Origin: Lama guanicoe
Taxonomy: Eukaryota
DNA: 64,000 bases
Reading direction: 5' to 3'
Assembly: GCA_013239625.1 (NCBI GenBank)
Contig: MU057352.1
Span: forward strand, 25,436,764 to 25,500,763
Positions 1 through 13,250 of the stretch are shown piece after piece; within the stretch, counting starts at the first letter, position 1; the number at the start of each line of letters is the position of its first letter. The notes under the pieces were generated by a model. That model made no database searches and was not told where the DNA came from. It saw only the letters and a list, made by a program, of their open reading frames with translations. The position numbers were made by a program, and so were the translations under genes.

Positions 1-1070
1 GAAGAGAGACATTCTAGAGGTCAGACAGCTCTCACAAAATATTGCAAGAAAAAAAAAAGATGGAGGGCGATCCTATAGATTAAAAGAGAATTAAGAGACA
101 TATCAACCAATGGCAACATATAGACTTAAGTCAGATCCTAATTTAAACTTGAAAAAATAAACTAATTTGGTAATTGAAACACTGCCTAAAGATTTGGAGA
201 TATTAAAGAATTACTGTTTTATTTTTTAGATGTGTTAGCAGTACTGTGATTAGGCTAAGATTCTCTTTTAGATGCATATTGAAATATTTATAGAAGGAAC
301 CCTACTTCAAAATGNNNNNNNNNNNNNNNNNNNNNNNNNNNNNNNNNNNNNNNNNNNNNNNNNNNNNNNNNNNNNNNNNNNNNNNNNNNNNNNNNNNNNN
401 NNNNNNNNNNNNNNNNNNNNNNNNNNNNNNNNNNNNNNNNNNNNNNNNNNNNNNNNNNNNNNNCCATTTGGAGCAACATGGATGTTCCGGGAGAATGTCA
501 TTCTAAGTGAAGTAAGCCAGAAAGAGAAAGAAAAATACCATATGAGATCACTCATATGCGGAATCTTAAAAAAAAAGAACATAAATACAAAACAGAAACA
601 GACTCCTAGACATAGAATACAAACTTGTGGTTGCCAAGGGGGTAGGGGGTGGGAAGGGACAGACTGGGATTTCAAAATGTAGAATAGATAAACAAGATTA
701 TACCGTTTAGCACAGAGAAATATATACAAGATCTTGTGGTAGCTCACGGAGAAAAAAAAATGTGACAATGAATATATGTATGATCATATATAACTGAAAA
801 ATTGTGCTGTACACTGGAACTTGACACAACATTGTAAAATGACTATAACTCAATAAAAAATATTTAAAAAAGAGAAATATTTACAGACAAAATGATAAGA
901 CATTTGGAATTTGTTGCAAAACAATTAGGGAGCAGCAGTAAGAAAAATAAATAGGGATATAGATGGAACAAGACAGGACATGAGTTGATGGCTGTCAAAG
1001 CTGTGATTCATTATATAGACTTTTGTATATGTTCAAAATTTTGCATAAGAATAAATTTTAAAAAATGTAA
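1..1070 (+). mobile_element. Old L1M (L1MC/ME-like) 3' region, split by the young L1 at 293-873
   Basis: Joining the flanks restores an L1M-type 3' UTR phrase (gatgcatattgaaatatttacagacaaaatgata...ggaatttgttgcaaaacaat). Subfamily from memory. Confidence 0.6.
293..873 (+). mobile_element. Young L1 3'-end fragment (same family as 2082-4765); includes N gap 315-463
   Basis: Highly similar to ~4184-4765. TSD gaaatatttataga (281-294) / gaaatatttacaga (874-887). Confidence 0.92.
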
Positions 1071-2081
1071 GTGGTGCAGCAGGTTGTACAAAAGAATGCT
1101 AGTCCCGACTGTTTTACCAAGTTGCTATGTGACCTTGGGAAATTCATTCATCTTCTCGTATTTTGATTCCCCTTCTAAAAGATGAGAATAATTGCCTTTA
1201 TCTCATCTAATTCAGGAGACATGGATTATCATATGATCTATTGTACAGACCAAGTGACATAATGCATGCAAAAGAATTCTGAAATGGCTAAGACGTAGAT
1301 TTATTGGGTATTACTATAATTTAAGGCACCTGTGGAGGACATCAGATCAAAGGTATACTTAATTTTTTTTCCCTCCAGACTGAAAAGCATCTAATTTTGA
1401 TTTGTCAAGTTGCAGGCCAGGATTTTATCCATGAGCTTTTCCAAATGAAATGTTTTGTTTCCACCTTTCAAAATGCATGACTGATCGAAGCAAGAGAAAC
1501 ATTTTTATTTCCTTTCTGTTGAAATACTCTCATCTAATTGAATTTAAATCAGAAATATGAGTAGGGAAATCTGGAGTTGACTTAAGCAAGAATTTTCCAG
1601 TTGCAAGACAAGAACATCCTTTAAATTTTGACCAGGTGACTGCAGATCACTGCATCTAAGGCATATTCATAGATACTTCAGTCCCGGTGCAGTCCTGTCT
1701 TTTGACAAAGCAAGTCTCGTGAAGGCAAGCATCACATATTATTAGACCTCCATAAAAGGAAAGTATTCCTCTTCAGTTTACAAAGATGTGATGTACCTAC
1801 TATGTGCCAAGGGCTGGGCATACGAAGATGCGTGAAACAATCTCTGTCTTTGTCAGCTGAGTGGTGACAGGAGCACACAAAAAACAAAGAGATCATTTCA
1901 ACACAGTATGGTTAGAGCAGATATGCAGAGAAGAGCAAAGCAAAATGAAGGCATGGACACTGAGTTTTTAAAACTGAAAATTCTTCAGCATTTGCTCAAG
2001 AAATGTCAATTGATATGGAAGTGCACTCTCTGATTTTGACCAAACCCTTCAGAAGCTGGCTATATCTATGAAAAGTACCCC

Positions 2082-4765
2082 GGGGAATTCTACCAAACAT
2101 GCAAAGAAGAACTCATACCAGTCCTTCTCAAAGTCTTCCAGAAGATTGAAAAGGAAGGAATACTCCCAAACTCATTCTATGAAGCCACCATCACCCTGAT
2201 ACCAAAACCAGGCAAAGACACCACCAAAAGAGAGAATTACAGACCAGTATCACTGATGAACATAGATGCAAATATCCTCACCAAAATATTAGCAAATAGA
2301 ATCCAACAACACATAAAAAAGATTATACATCATGATCCAGTGGGNNNNNNNNNNNNNNNNNNNNNNNNNNNNNNNNNNNNNNNNNNNNNNNNNNNNNNNN
2401 NNNNNNNNNNNNNNNNNNNNNNNNNNNNNNNNNNNNNNNNNNNNNNNNNNNNNNNNNNNNNNNNNNNNNNNNNNNNNNNNNNNNNNNNNNNNNNNNNNNN
2501 NNNNNNNNNNNNNNNNNNNNNNNNNNNNNNNNNNNNNNNNNNNNNNNNNNNNNNNNNNNNNNNNNNNNNNNNNNNNNNNNNCGGTGAAAAACTCAAAAGC
2601 TTCCCACTAAAATCTGGGACAAGAAAAGGATGCCCACTATTACGACTCCTATTCAACATAGTTTTGGAAGTCCTGGCCACAGCAATCAGACAAGAGAGAG
2701 AAATAAAAGGTATCCAAATTGGAAAAGAAGAGGTAAAAGTGTCACTAAATGCAGGTGCCATGATACTATATATAGAAAACCCTAAAAGGTCCACACAAAA
2801 ACTACTATAAATAATCAAAGAATTCAGCAAGGTAGTAGGTTACAAGATTAACGTTCAAAAATCAGTTGCATTTCTTTACATTAATGATGAATCAACAGAA
2901 AAAGAAAGTAAAGAAATAATCCCCTTTAAAATAGCACCCAAAGTAATAAAATATGAAAGAATAAATCTAACCAAGGAGGTGAAAGAATTATACACATAAA
3001 ACTATTAAACACTGGTTAAGGAAATTAAAGAAGACTTAAAAAAATGGAAGCACATTCTATGCTCCTGGATTGGAAGAATCAATATTATTAAAATGGTCAT
3101 ACTGCCCAAGGCAATCAACAGATTTAATGCAATCTCTATCAAATTGCATATTTCACAGAACTAGAACAAATCATAATAAAATTTATATGGAACCACAAAA
3201 GACCTAGAATTGCCAAAGCATTACTGAAGAAAAAGAAAGAGCCTGGAGGAATAACTCTCCCTGACTTCAGACAATACTATAGAGCTACAGTCATCAAGAC
3301 AGCATGGTATTGGTACAAAAACAGACATATGGACCAATGGAACAGAATAGAGAGCCGAGAAATGAACCCACAAACTTTTGGTCAACTCATCTTCGACAAA
3401 GGAGGCAAGAATATACAATGGAATAAAGACAGTCTCTTCAGCAAATGGTGTTGGGAAAACTGGACAGCAGCATGTAAATCAATGAAGCTAGAACACTCCC
3501 TTACACCATACACAAAAATCAACTCAAAATGGATCAAAGACTTAAACATAAGACAAGATACAATAAACCTCCTAGAAGAAAATATAGGCAAAATATTATC
3601 TCACATACATCTCAAAAATGTTCTCCTAGGGCAGTCTACCCTAGTGATAGAAATAAAAGCAAGAATAAACAAATGGGACCTAATGAAACTTACAAGTTTC
3701 TGCACAGCAAAGGAAACTAAAAGTAAAACAAAACGACAACCTACAGAATAGGAGAAAATTTTTGCAAATGAAACCGACAAAGGCTTGATCTCCAGAATAT
3801 ATAAGCAGCTCATACAACTTAATAAGAAAAAAACAAACAACCCAATCCAAAAATGGGCAGAAGACCTAAACAAGCAATTCTCCAAGGAAGACGTACAAAT
3901 GATCAATAGGCACATGAAAAAATACTCAATATCACTAATTATCAGAGAAATGCAAATCAAAACTACAATGAGGTATCACCTCACACCAGCCAGAATGGCC
4001 ATCATTCAAAAATCCACAAATGACAAATGCTGGGGAGGCTGTGGAGAAAGGGGAACCCTCCTACACTGCTGGTGGGAATGCAGTTTGGTGCAGCCACTGT
4101 GGAGAACAGTATGGAGATTCCTCAAAAGACTAGGAATAGACTTACCATATGACCCAGGAATCCCACTCCTGGGCGTATATCCAGAAGGAACCCTATTCCA
4201 AAAAGATACCTGCACCCCAATGTTCATAGCAGCACTATTTGCAATAGCCAAGACATGGAAACAACCTAAATATCCATCAAGAGATGACTGGATAAAGAAG
4301 AAGTGGTATATTTATACAATGGAATACTATTCAGCCATAAAAACCAACAACATAACACCATTTGCAGCAACATGAGTGTTCCTGGAGAATGTTATTCTAA
4401 GAGAAGTAAGCAGAAAGAGAAAGAAAAATACCATATGAGATCATTCATATGCGGAATCTAAAAAAAAAAAGAACATAAATAAAAACAAAAACAGACTCAT
4501 AGACATAGAATACAAACTTGTGGTTGCCAAGGGGGTAGGGGGTGGGAAGGGACAGACTGGGATTTCAAAATGTAGAACAGACAAACAAGATTATACTATA
4601 TAGCACAGGGAAATATATACAAGATCTTGTGGTAGCTCACAGTGAAAAAAATGTGGCAATGAATATATGTATGTTCATATATAACTGAAAAATTGTGCTC
4701 TACACTGGAATTTGACACAACATTGTAAAATGACTATAACTCAATAAGAAAATGTTAAAAAAAAT
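2082..4765 (+). mobile_element. 5'-truncated, inactivated LINE-1 (ORF2 RT domain to C-terminus, 3' UTR, A-tail); includes N gap 2345-2581
   Basis: ORF2 peptides [27 protein letters not shown] and zinc knuckle [18 protein letters not shown]. Internal stops at 2808-2810 and 3749-3751 plus frameshifts. TSD aaaagtacccc (2071-2081) / aaaagcacccc (4766-4776). Confidence 0.96.
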
Positions 4766-4814
4766 AAAAGCACCCCATTGTTTGCATGTTTTATTCCAGG
4801 CTCCTATCATATGA

Positions 4815-5060
4815 TGATAACGAATGCTGGCAGAGTTCTTCCCTTGGACCAGGCACTATTCTAAGCACTTTATTCATACTGAAGGTCATTTAATCACACA
4901 AGAGCTCCACAAGGAGGTACTTACTTTTTATGCCCATTTCACAGCTGAGGAAATGGAGGCACAGGAAAGCGAAGTCAAGTGGCCAAGATCTCACAAATAG
5001 AGTCTGGCTTTGAACTCAAGGCATTGTGACTCCAAGCTTGCTTTGGCTTTTAACCTCTAC
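4815..5060 (-). mobile_element. MIR SINE
   Basis: ccaggcactattctaagcacttta...cccatttcacagctgaggaaatggaggcacag. Confidence 0.8.
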
Positions 5061-6170
5061 ACTCTATGTACATGACCTCATTCAGCTGTTCTCCAATTCT
5101 TGATAGATAGCTGTTAGCCTTTTCACTTTACAGGTAAAGAAATGGCAGATCTGGGAGGCTGAGCATCTCAAGGTCACCTGTTCTCCCAGTAGCATCACTG
5201 GGATGCAAACCAAGAATATTTGGTCCATTTTATCCCTGGATGGTGACTAACATCTGAATGCTTTATACACTCATGATGAGTACTCTAGGATTCTGCTATT
5301 CTTAAAGTTGAAAATTTTATTAAAAAAAAATAGGTTCCATTGCTTGGGTCTTTCTTTCTAAGCGGCACAATTCCAGTGCCCGTCTTTATCAGACCCGGAA
5401 GTAAGTGCCGGGGCTCTGACTTCATTAACCTCTGTCTCCGCGCAGGGGTATGACTTCCTCTGCTATAAATGGAGATGCTGAAGCAAAGCCTAAACCGCAC
5501 AGCAGCAAGCGAATTAGGCACGAGGCGGGAAGCACCCGACTGTCTGCTCCCCCTGTCCGATGTTCAGAATATTCACCTGCCTTGGAGGAGGAGGAAGTGT
5601 TTGGCATATCGCTTCCACATATGTGCAAGATGAAATCTCCCAATTATTCCGTTACATAACCGCCTCCGTCACTCAGGAGACGTAAAAGTACACACGCTCC
5701 CACCGGGCTACTGCCGCGTACCAGGCATCAGCGGGGATTATTCAGCCTTTAATAAAAATAGAGGGCCTCTGAGTCACAGAGGGAAGACGGTGGAAGCAGT
5801 TAGCAAACTCAGGAGTGGACAGACTTGATCCGGATGAGCAGGACTCTGACGGATGCTATGAATAGGTGGCACTCAAGCATCCTCTAACAGACAGTGAATG
5901 GACCTAGAAGTTAGAGCATTTGGCTTCCTGTTTCTGTCTGGTTCTCCTTATTGGCTTTGTGACCTCAAGTGACTTGAGTCTCTGCTGCTGCCTTGGGACC
6001 AGATGGATAATAATACGTTCTCTGTTTGTCTCAGACACTTGCTTTCAAATAAAAATATTAATAGCTCACAATTTTTGAGCACTTAGTCTACGTGCAAACC
6101 ACTGGGAGAAATATAATTGTATTCTCATACACTACTATAACAAGCCCATAGAATTTGTTATCACACCCAT

Positions 6171-6308
6171 TTTTTTACACACCTTTATTGTGGTATGATT
6201 CCTGTAAACTACACGTATTTCAGGTGTACGATCTCATGAATTTTGATGGATGTAAGCACTCATGAAACCACCACCACAATCAAGACAGCTAACATTTCCA
6301 TCACTCTG
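6171..6308 (-). mobile_element. L1M 3'-terminal fragment inserted into a MIR (~6060-6445)
   Basis: T-tract then ctttattgtggtatg...gaaaccaccaccacaatcaagacagctaacatttccatcac. 10-bp TSD tcacacccat at 6161-6170 and 6309-6318. The MIR core resumes on the other side. Confidence 0.8.
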
Positions 6309-7144
6309 TCACACCCATGTTATAGGTGAGAAAAGTGAGACTCAGAAAGTTAAGTAAATGACTGAAGGTCCCGTAGCTACTGAGTGGCAGAGTTGGGGTT
6401 TGAATATTACCCACCCCACTCCAAAGCTTATATCTGTAACTTCTACAGTCACGGGGGATGTGGTTATGTAATTTCAAAACCTTTGGAAAGTTGATAAGAA
6501 AAAAGAAAAATATCAGATGACACTTAAGTATTCAGGCCCTCACTATTCCTTTATACACTCATACTTTATACACATTCTTCATGTGATTAGGTTATCTGCT
6601 TTCCCAGGAGAAGTGGAGAATAGAATAAATTGAATTAGACTATTAGAAGGGTTTTGAGGAAAGAGGCACTGATGGGGCACAAAGTAATTCCTTAAGGTGA
6701 CAGAGCAAATACATCCATCTTATTATGGAATGAGGACCCCCTACTCTGAATGTGCTCTCCCGTCACTGTCTCTGAGAATGTCTCACTTGTCAGTGTGTTG
6801 GAACATATGTTATGTTTCTCTATAGACTTGCCTTGTCTGATTCTGTCTCTACAGCTGTCAAATGGGTTATCATTTACACGTCAGACAAAGGAGTTCTCTC
6901 TGCAAAATAGAAGCCATCAGGGTGTGGAAGACATGACCCCAGCTCTCACAGTTAACCAGAAAGACCTAAATGTAGGAATTGTGCAAATGGCCAGACTTTG
7001 ACATTTGGCTTACTGTTTCACCATACGTTCAGCTAAAATTGAAAAGCAAGTGAAAGTCATATGGCAGGATCGAATGCCCTTGGCTGTTGTGATAATTTGC
7101 AGATAATTCTTTTCTGTCTTTCCCCAGTCTAGAAAGTGGGCAGG

Positions 7145-7325
7145 TGGGCTTTGGAGACAGATCTGGGTTTGAATTCTACATTTCTCACTTACTGGCTGAG
7201 CAGCGGACTTTTTTCATCTGTAAAACAGGGTTGATAATCATGACCATTCCTGATCGTTGAGAGGATTAAATGAGAAAATAGGAGTGAAATGCTAGGCACA
7301 CAGTAGGAGCTTGATACATGTTAAT
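7145..7325 (+). mobile_element. MIR SINE
   Basis: ggctttggagacagatctgggtttgaat...catctgtaaaacaggg...gaggattaaatgaga. Confidence 0.8.
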
Positions 7326-7895
7326 TCTTGTCCCCCTTTCTTCAACTGACAAGTTTTATTTACTCCTTTCCCCTCTTGACTACACTTTTCCATCCTGCTT
7401 TATTGCAAACAACTTTGTGTATGTACCTCTAGGTTCTTGAGCTTTTGGGCTGTTTCATCCCTGCTTTCTCAGGGTTCGTTTCCTCCCTGTTTCCATGGTG
7501 ATTTCTCAGTGATATGTTTCTATTTCTGCTCTGGCTGTTAGTCTTCCTGTTTTGTTTTTCTCTGTTCTTGATTACTTTTTTTTTTGAAGTGCACATAGAC
7601 CAAAGAAAGATGGACTGGGCTCCAGAGCACAGCTGTTTTTTTTTTTTTTTTTGGACAATGATCTCATTGAAAGAGATAAACCTAAAGGGAGTGAAAACCA
7701 TACTGCTTTCCAAATTATCTGCATTTAGTTTTTTATTAAGTGGTACATGTTAGGAATTGATTCATTAAGAATCACAACCTCCTACAAGCAACTAAAAGCC
7801 ATTTATTGCAGAGATGAGTGGAGGTCTCTCGGGCCAATTTTACAGCAATGGGAATACCGGGTAACCAAGGTAATTAGAGGAAAACGTCAGATTAC

Positions 7896-7974
7896 CTGCT
7901 GTCCATGGTAAAACACAGCGAGGAGGAACATGGCCATCAGCAGTAGCGATGCCTCCTTGGTCCCCAGGAAATCT
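7896..7974 (-). CDS. ADCY8: ADCY8 coding exon (79 nt, ~exon 13): (E)[26 protein letters not shown]
   Basis: Not in the ORF track; read by hand. Acceptor tttcttctttcaacag|AGATTTC and donor CAGCAG|gtaatc. The first base completes GA|A (Glu) from the 16067 exon, so the phases join. Confidence 0.95.
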
Positions 7975-9694
7975 CTGTTGAAAGAAGAAATGCAAATGGC
8001 AGCATGGTTACTGACAACCATGGAGGGACTTCAAGGAGGCTCTCTAGGAAACTGACGTTCAGACTGACATTGGATAAAAAGAAAGAAGCAGTTGTTTTCT
8101 GAGCATGCAGTATGTGATAAGGGCTGCTCCCAGGACGTTCACACAGGCTAATTCCGAAATCAGTTGACCCCCCTGGTATGAGATCATGTAGGTCATACCT
8201 GGTGGAAGACTCTAGAATCCAGCATCTAGACAATGCTCTCACGTTAATAGTGATGTCTTCTATTTGCAGAACACTTTTTCTAGATTTCAAAGAGCTCTTA
8301 TACTTTCTTGTCACAAAAATCCATGTGAAGACAAGCACCCCCTCTTTCTCTTTAGATATTATCCTATGTAAGAGGTGGGTATATAGTGCTTGCTACATGA
8401 CAGTTCCTGCTCTAAGTGCTCTAAGAATCATGCTTAAGTTTTTGTACCAATTTTAATTTCAATTTTTTGCACCATTGTTATCCCCATCTTGATTCTTTTA
8501 TCTTTTAATAAAACCTCTTTCCCTTTGTGTCATCTCCTTTTGGAGGGAACCTCCAACACTCTACTCACAGTTCTAATGGGGACACAAGCTGGGGTGTCAC
8601 TGACTTGGCCTGTTTTGGGCTTTCCAAAGACCAAGCTGGAAGGCAGTTGTGTATGGGCAGCAGCAAGTGCGTATTTAACCACTGACATGACAATCATCCA
8701 TCAGAGGAATTTAGAAAAAGGCCAGAGAATCCCTTGCTTGATTCCAAATGCTTTCTGTCTGGACACAGGTGGCTTGTGGAAATAAACAGTCCCCTTGACA
8801 GGTTTCCATTGGCTAAAGAAGAAAACCCAAACTAAAAATGCTCAAGACAACTCATCTCTGTGGGTGTTGTGGCTTGCTTTCCATGGTCTCCTGTTCTAGT
8901 CCTTTAGGTTTCTCCTAAATGCCTGTTCATCCATTCACCCAGGTGCTTGGGCCAAAAACAAAACCAAAACTGAGTCAGACTTCACCACCCCAATATCCAA
9001 ATCCTGTCCACCCTTCCACCAAAATATATCCCCAGTGCATTTCCTTTTCTCCATGTCTATCTCTACTACCTGAATACAGTCACTGTGATTTGTGGTCACC
9101 TCATAATGTTAACCTCTACAATTTCTTTTCTACTTGGCTGCTCACAAAAATCAGATCACATCACTCCTTGGTCTTATAGCTTCCCGACCACAAGCATACA
9201 TATACTCAGAACTCACTCAGAGGTGACTTAACTCTGCTGTGGCTTAAGGACACAATGGGACCATCGTAGACGAGATGTAGTGCTCAGAGAGAGTAGAACG
9301 AGCATTAATTTGGCTGCACCCAGGTGGTCTCCAGCTTTCCCTTTTCTATTGTCACTGGAGACTACCAGGAGTAACATGGGGCTGAGGGAAATGGGGGCAT
9401 GAACCCAGTTGCCACGGACAGCTTCTCACCTACCTTTATGCTAAAAGACCCTCTTAGGCCCTTTTACACAGGGCCAAGCCCCTCCATGTAGGATGGGGAC
9501 TTAGGAAAGGAAATGTGTTTTCTCTTGGGGAGTATTGTGCCCCTGGGGACCTAGAGGACCGAGGAACTCTGTGGGCTGAAACAAGATTCAGATTTGTGAA
9601 TTCCTGCTTCCACCTACTTTTCCCTGGAGATAAAATGCTAATAATAGAAGATACTCGATATTATGTTTCTTCTTTGTAGCCCTGATGAAGCACA

Positions 9695-9990
9695 TAAATT
9701 ATTGAGCATCGACTGTGTACCAGGCATGTGCTAGGATACAGAACTGAAGAAGGCGCCTTGTCTTTGTCCTCAAAAGAGTCCAGTAAAGGAAAGAATCACG
9801 TAGACAGATAATTTCATTACACAATACACCCCATAGTGAAGATTCATCCTTGTTGCCATGGGGATATATGGGAAGAGAAAGTAACACAGGCTGGATGTCC
9901 AGGGAAGACTCAAGAGCTGAGTATCACAGGTTGATAAGACTTTGGGAGGAAAAGGTGGGACGGGTTCTAAAGGTCCTTGACATATATCTT
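9695..9990 (-). mobile_element. LINE-2 3' fragment
   Basis: aaattattgagcatcgactgtgtaccaggcatgtgctagg. Confidence 0.6.
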
Positions 9991-10304
9991 GCTTAGCTAG
10001 CTGTTTGCAAGCCTCTAGTGTAGGGAGGATAAGTAAACATCATAAATCAAGTTTGAGGCTACAAGCAGGCTAAGTAGGAGAGGGTGCTCAGATGTGGTAG
10101 AGCTGTCCACCGCCAGTGCTGAAGTGAAGAGGGTTGGGCTGTGAGCTGAATATTGTCATTTAGAATTTTAGGGACTAGGATTCATTCAGTCCCAGTCACC
10201 AGAGTGCTTGTTTGGGGGAATATGCACATTCCAGTGCCACCCTTTCCTTCATGTCACTTAATTCTTTGGCTCCTGAAGTTTGTGGATTCCTGATAAAATA
10301 ATTA

Positions 10305-10510
10305 AAGTCATGAGCTTTGTACTCATGCAGACCCCAGGTTCCAAGCTTGGGTCTGCCACCAACCAGTTGCTTGATCTTGGACAAGTCACTCAGTATCTCT
10401 GAGCCTCAGTTCCTTGCCCTGTGAAAGACGCTAATAATATTTACCTCTGTAATTGTGAGAATTCGTTGACCAAATCTTGGTAATGTGCTTGGTGTGGTGT
10501 GTGGCTCACA
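10305..10510 (+). mobile_element. MIR SINE
   Basis: tgatcttggacaagtcactcagtatctctgagcctcagtt. Confidence 0.75.
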
Positions 10511-11755
10511 TCCGTCTCTCTCTACCCCGTAAAACTCCCAGTACATGATCTTGCTTCTGCTGGTGACATTTTAAAAAATCACTCATTTACATGGCTTAGT
10601 TTGAATGGGAGATGTCCTATGTTTAGCTCCTCTTGAATACAGCCTGACCTCCTGCTCTGACTAGCACTTCTGATATCCTTTTCTTTGTGATACAGAAGAC
10701 TTTTTTAAGCTCAGCAATTTATCACTTAAAAAATACTTTCAAGAGAAAACATAAATACCTCTTGAATCATTTTGAAAGCAGTGGTTGACCAAAAATAGAG
10801 AGATGACTAGATCAAATTTGGAAGAAAAGTAAAGGAACATTATGAATGGTCTTTGGATCTTTAGGATGTATTTCAGATGGAAAAAATATGACCTGAGAGG
10901 AGACTGCAGAATGTGCACAGTAAGTCAGCCAGGCCAAAGGACACCCAGAAAGAACTGTGATTTGAATTTAGAGGAGATTTTATTTTTTGTAGTTTCTATG
11001 ATTATTTGAAGAACTTCCAAAGAGACCCAAATGGCTAAAATACGTGCAAAATTGTAATACTTTGCTAGATATTGGGTGGTTGAGACATAAGACCAAGGAC
11101 GTCTTGAAATAATTTATATGTATTAATAGAATCACTGAATTAATACTACCCTTTCCCTATGCTAATAGAAAAGGGTAAAATTAATTAAAAAACACATGTA
11201 GAATATTGTAGTTCTCAGGGCTATCACAATCTTTAGAGATCATCTTATCAGATGTCTCATAAAAATTTATATTTAATTTGAGGGTTAATCATTATAGAGG
11301 TACACATGCTAATGGTAGTAAATTTGGAAGCTAATACAAATTCACAAATAAATAAATAAAAATTGTCCTTAAGCCCACCACCCAGACAACAGTTAATATT
11401 TTGGAATCAACTCAATGTCATTTCCTTTTCTTTCAGGCAAAAACATAGTTATGTTTACAAATTTCGGATTGTATGGTTCATGCAGTTTTGCAACCTACTT
11501 TTGGGCTTATTATGTATTATGAAAACAACCCCTTATCATTAAATACTTTACAATGTGAGTTTAATGGATCCATCCTATTCCATATTATGTATACTTGGCA
11601 TAATAGTCCTTGCAAGCCTTTTACTTTATAGGCAGAAGACTGAGGCCCAGAGAGAAGAAGGTGCTTGCTCAAGGTCACACAGCAGATTTGTGTCAGCCAG
11701 GATGAGAATTCACATCTCAGGCACCAGGTTCAGAGCATTAGCCATCGTGTATCTG

Positions 11756-11814
11756 ATGCCAAATTTTAATGTAGCTATTAGTTATTATGCCAAATTTTAA
11801 TGTAGTTATTAGTT
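11756..11814. repeat. Tandem duplication, period 31
   Basis: atgccaaattttaatgtagctattagttatt / atgccaaattttaatgtagttattagtt. Confidence 0.9.
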
Positions 11815-12359
11815 TCCCTCCTGTGAAACCCAAAATAAACCAGCCAGTTTGAATTTATCTTTTATTCTGTTGCCATGCTAATGACTGCATTTGCTTAGTG
11901 CAGATTTATGCCATACCTCTAACAACTCTGCATACATTGCCTGCTTTCATACATGTCAACACTTAAAATATTATTATCCCTATTCTAGTGAAGAAGAAAC
12001 CGAGACCCAGATGTTAAGTGACACGTTCCAGTTCACGGATCTAGTGAGTGATGAAGGCTGGCTATCAATCCAGACCTCAGTGATGCTTTTCAGTAGCCAC
12101 CCTGCCCTCCGAGATGCACTTACTTATAATTGCTTGCCCATAAGTTCCTTGTGGTGTTTTATTCATCTCTGAGTTTGCAGGGCCTAGCAAAGCCCATAGA
12201 AAAGGTGTGACACTTAAGTCTGAAAGCAAATTGTGCTTACAGGATGGGGAGCACATGGTTTATGGGTGATGGTGAGCAAAAATCCCAGGGCTCTAGGTAG
12301 ATGACACTTAGCTCACTATGGTTAATATCGTACTATGATTCCAAATGAGCTGACATTCT

Positions 12360-12950
12360 ACCAGTCACTCATTCATTTCACATTTCTTTCAACAAATATT
12401 TAATTGAACACCTGCTGCCAGATACTCCACTAAGTGCCCAAAATATGAACATGAGCAATAGCCCATTCCCTCAGAAGCTCCTATTCTAATGGAAGAGGAA
12501 GACATGGAAATTGATTGTAACAAACTGCAATAATAAAAAAAATTATGTGCACAGATTAGAAAAAGAGGAATGATTCAAAGAGGGCTTCCCTGAGGAAGAT
12601 GTCCTTGAGTATGATGGGTCGGAAAAAGATAGGCATATCAGATGGGGGTTCAGTATATGCAGAAGCTCATTTGGTAAACAGCACCTGGTTTCCCATGGCA
12701 GGAATGTGGGCTACAGGGGTGACCTATGGCGTTGGAGGAGATAAGACTGGAGAAGTCAGTGGGACTCCAGAGAGAGTTTTGAAGTTCTTGACAAACAGGT
12801 AGAACTTCTAGCTCCTTAGAGGCAACAGGGAGCACCTTAGGAAGATTTTAAGAAGGATAATGAGTTGGCCAAATGGCTTTGATGGCATTGAGGAGGGTGG
12901 ACTGAGAGCAGAGGCTGGGACGTCACTTAGGGTACTGCAGTCCAGAGATG
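12360..12950 (-). mobile_element. LINE-2 fragment
   Basis: cattcatt...caacaaatatttaattgaacacctg L2 tail; agggcttccctgaggaag; ggcaacagggagc. Confidence 0.7.
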
Positions 12951-13009
12951 AGAGAAAGGATATTTCTAGAATAGCAGTTTTTGTGGTATAGAAGGAGTCA
13001 TGTCCGATG

Positions 13010-13250
13010 ATAATTGTTAGTATTAATCAAGTGCCTATTTTATGCCAGGCCCTGTGCTAAGTTTCCATGATCACAGTTGATCTCTCATCTGTTACTACAA
13101 CATAGGAACCATTATTATCCCCACTTTACGGATGGGAAAACAGGGTTAGAGAGTTGTCACTTGTACCTAATTTGCACACAGCTAGCTGATGATGGAGCTG
13201 GGATTTGAACATAGGTAGTTCAGTTCCTAAGCTTGTACTCACAAGTGTCA
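13010..13250 (-). mobile_element. MIR SINE
   Basis: tatgccaggccctgtgctaag...attattatccccactttacggatgggaaaacagg...gagctgggatttgaac. Confidence 0.8.

Noticed and set aside
315-463. This gap as the location of the next ADCY8 exon (~exon 14)
   Set aside because: Both flanks are collinear L1 sequence and the gap length matches the missing L1 stretch. The next exon probably lies left of the window.
3329-4375. ORFs of 140 and 196 aa as independent genes
   Set aside because: They are fragments of the disrupted L1 ORF2.
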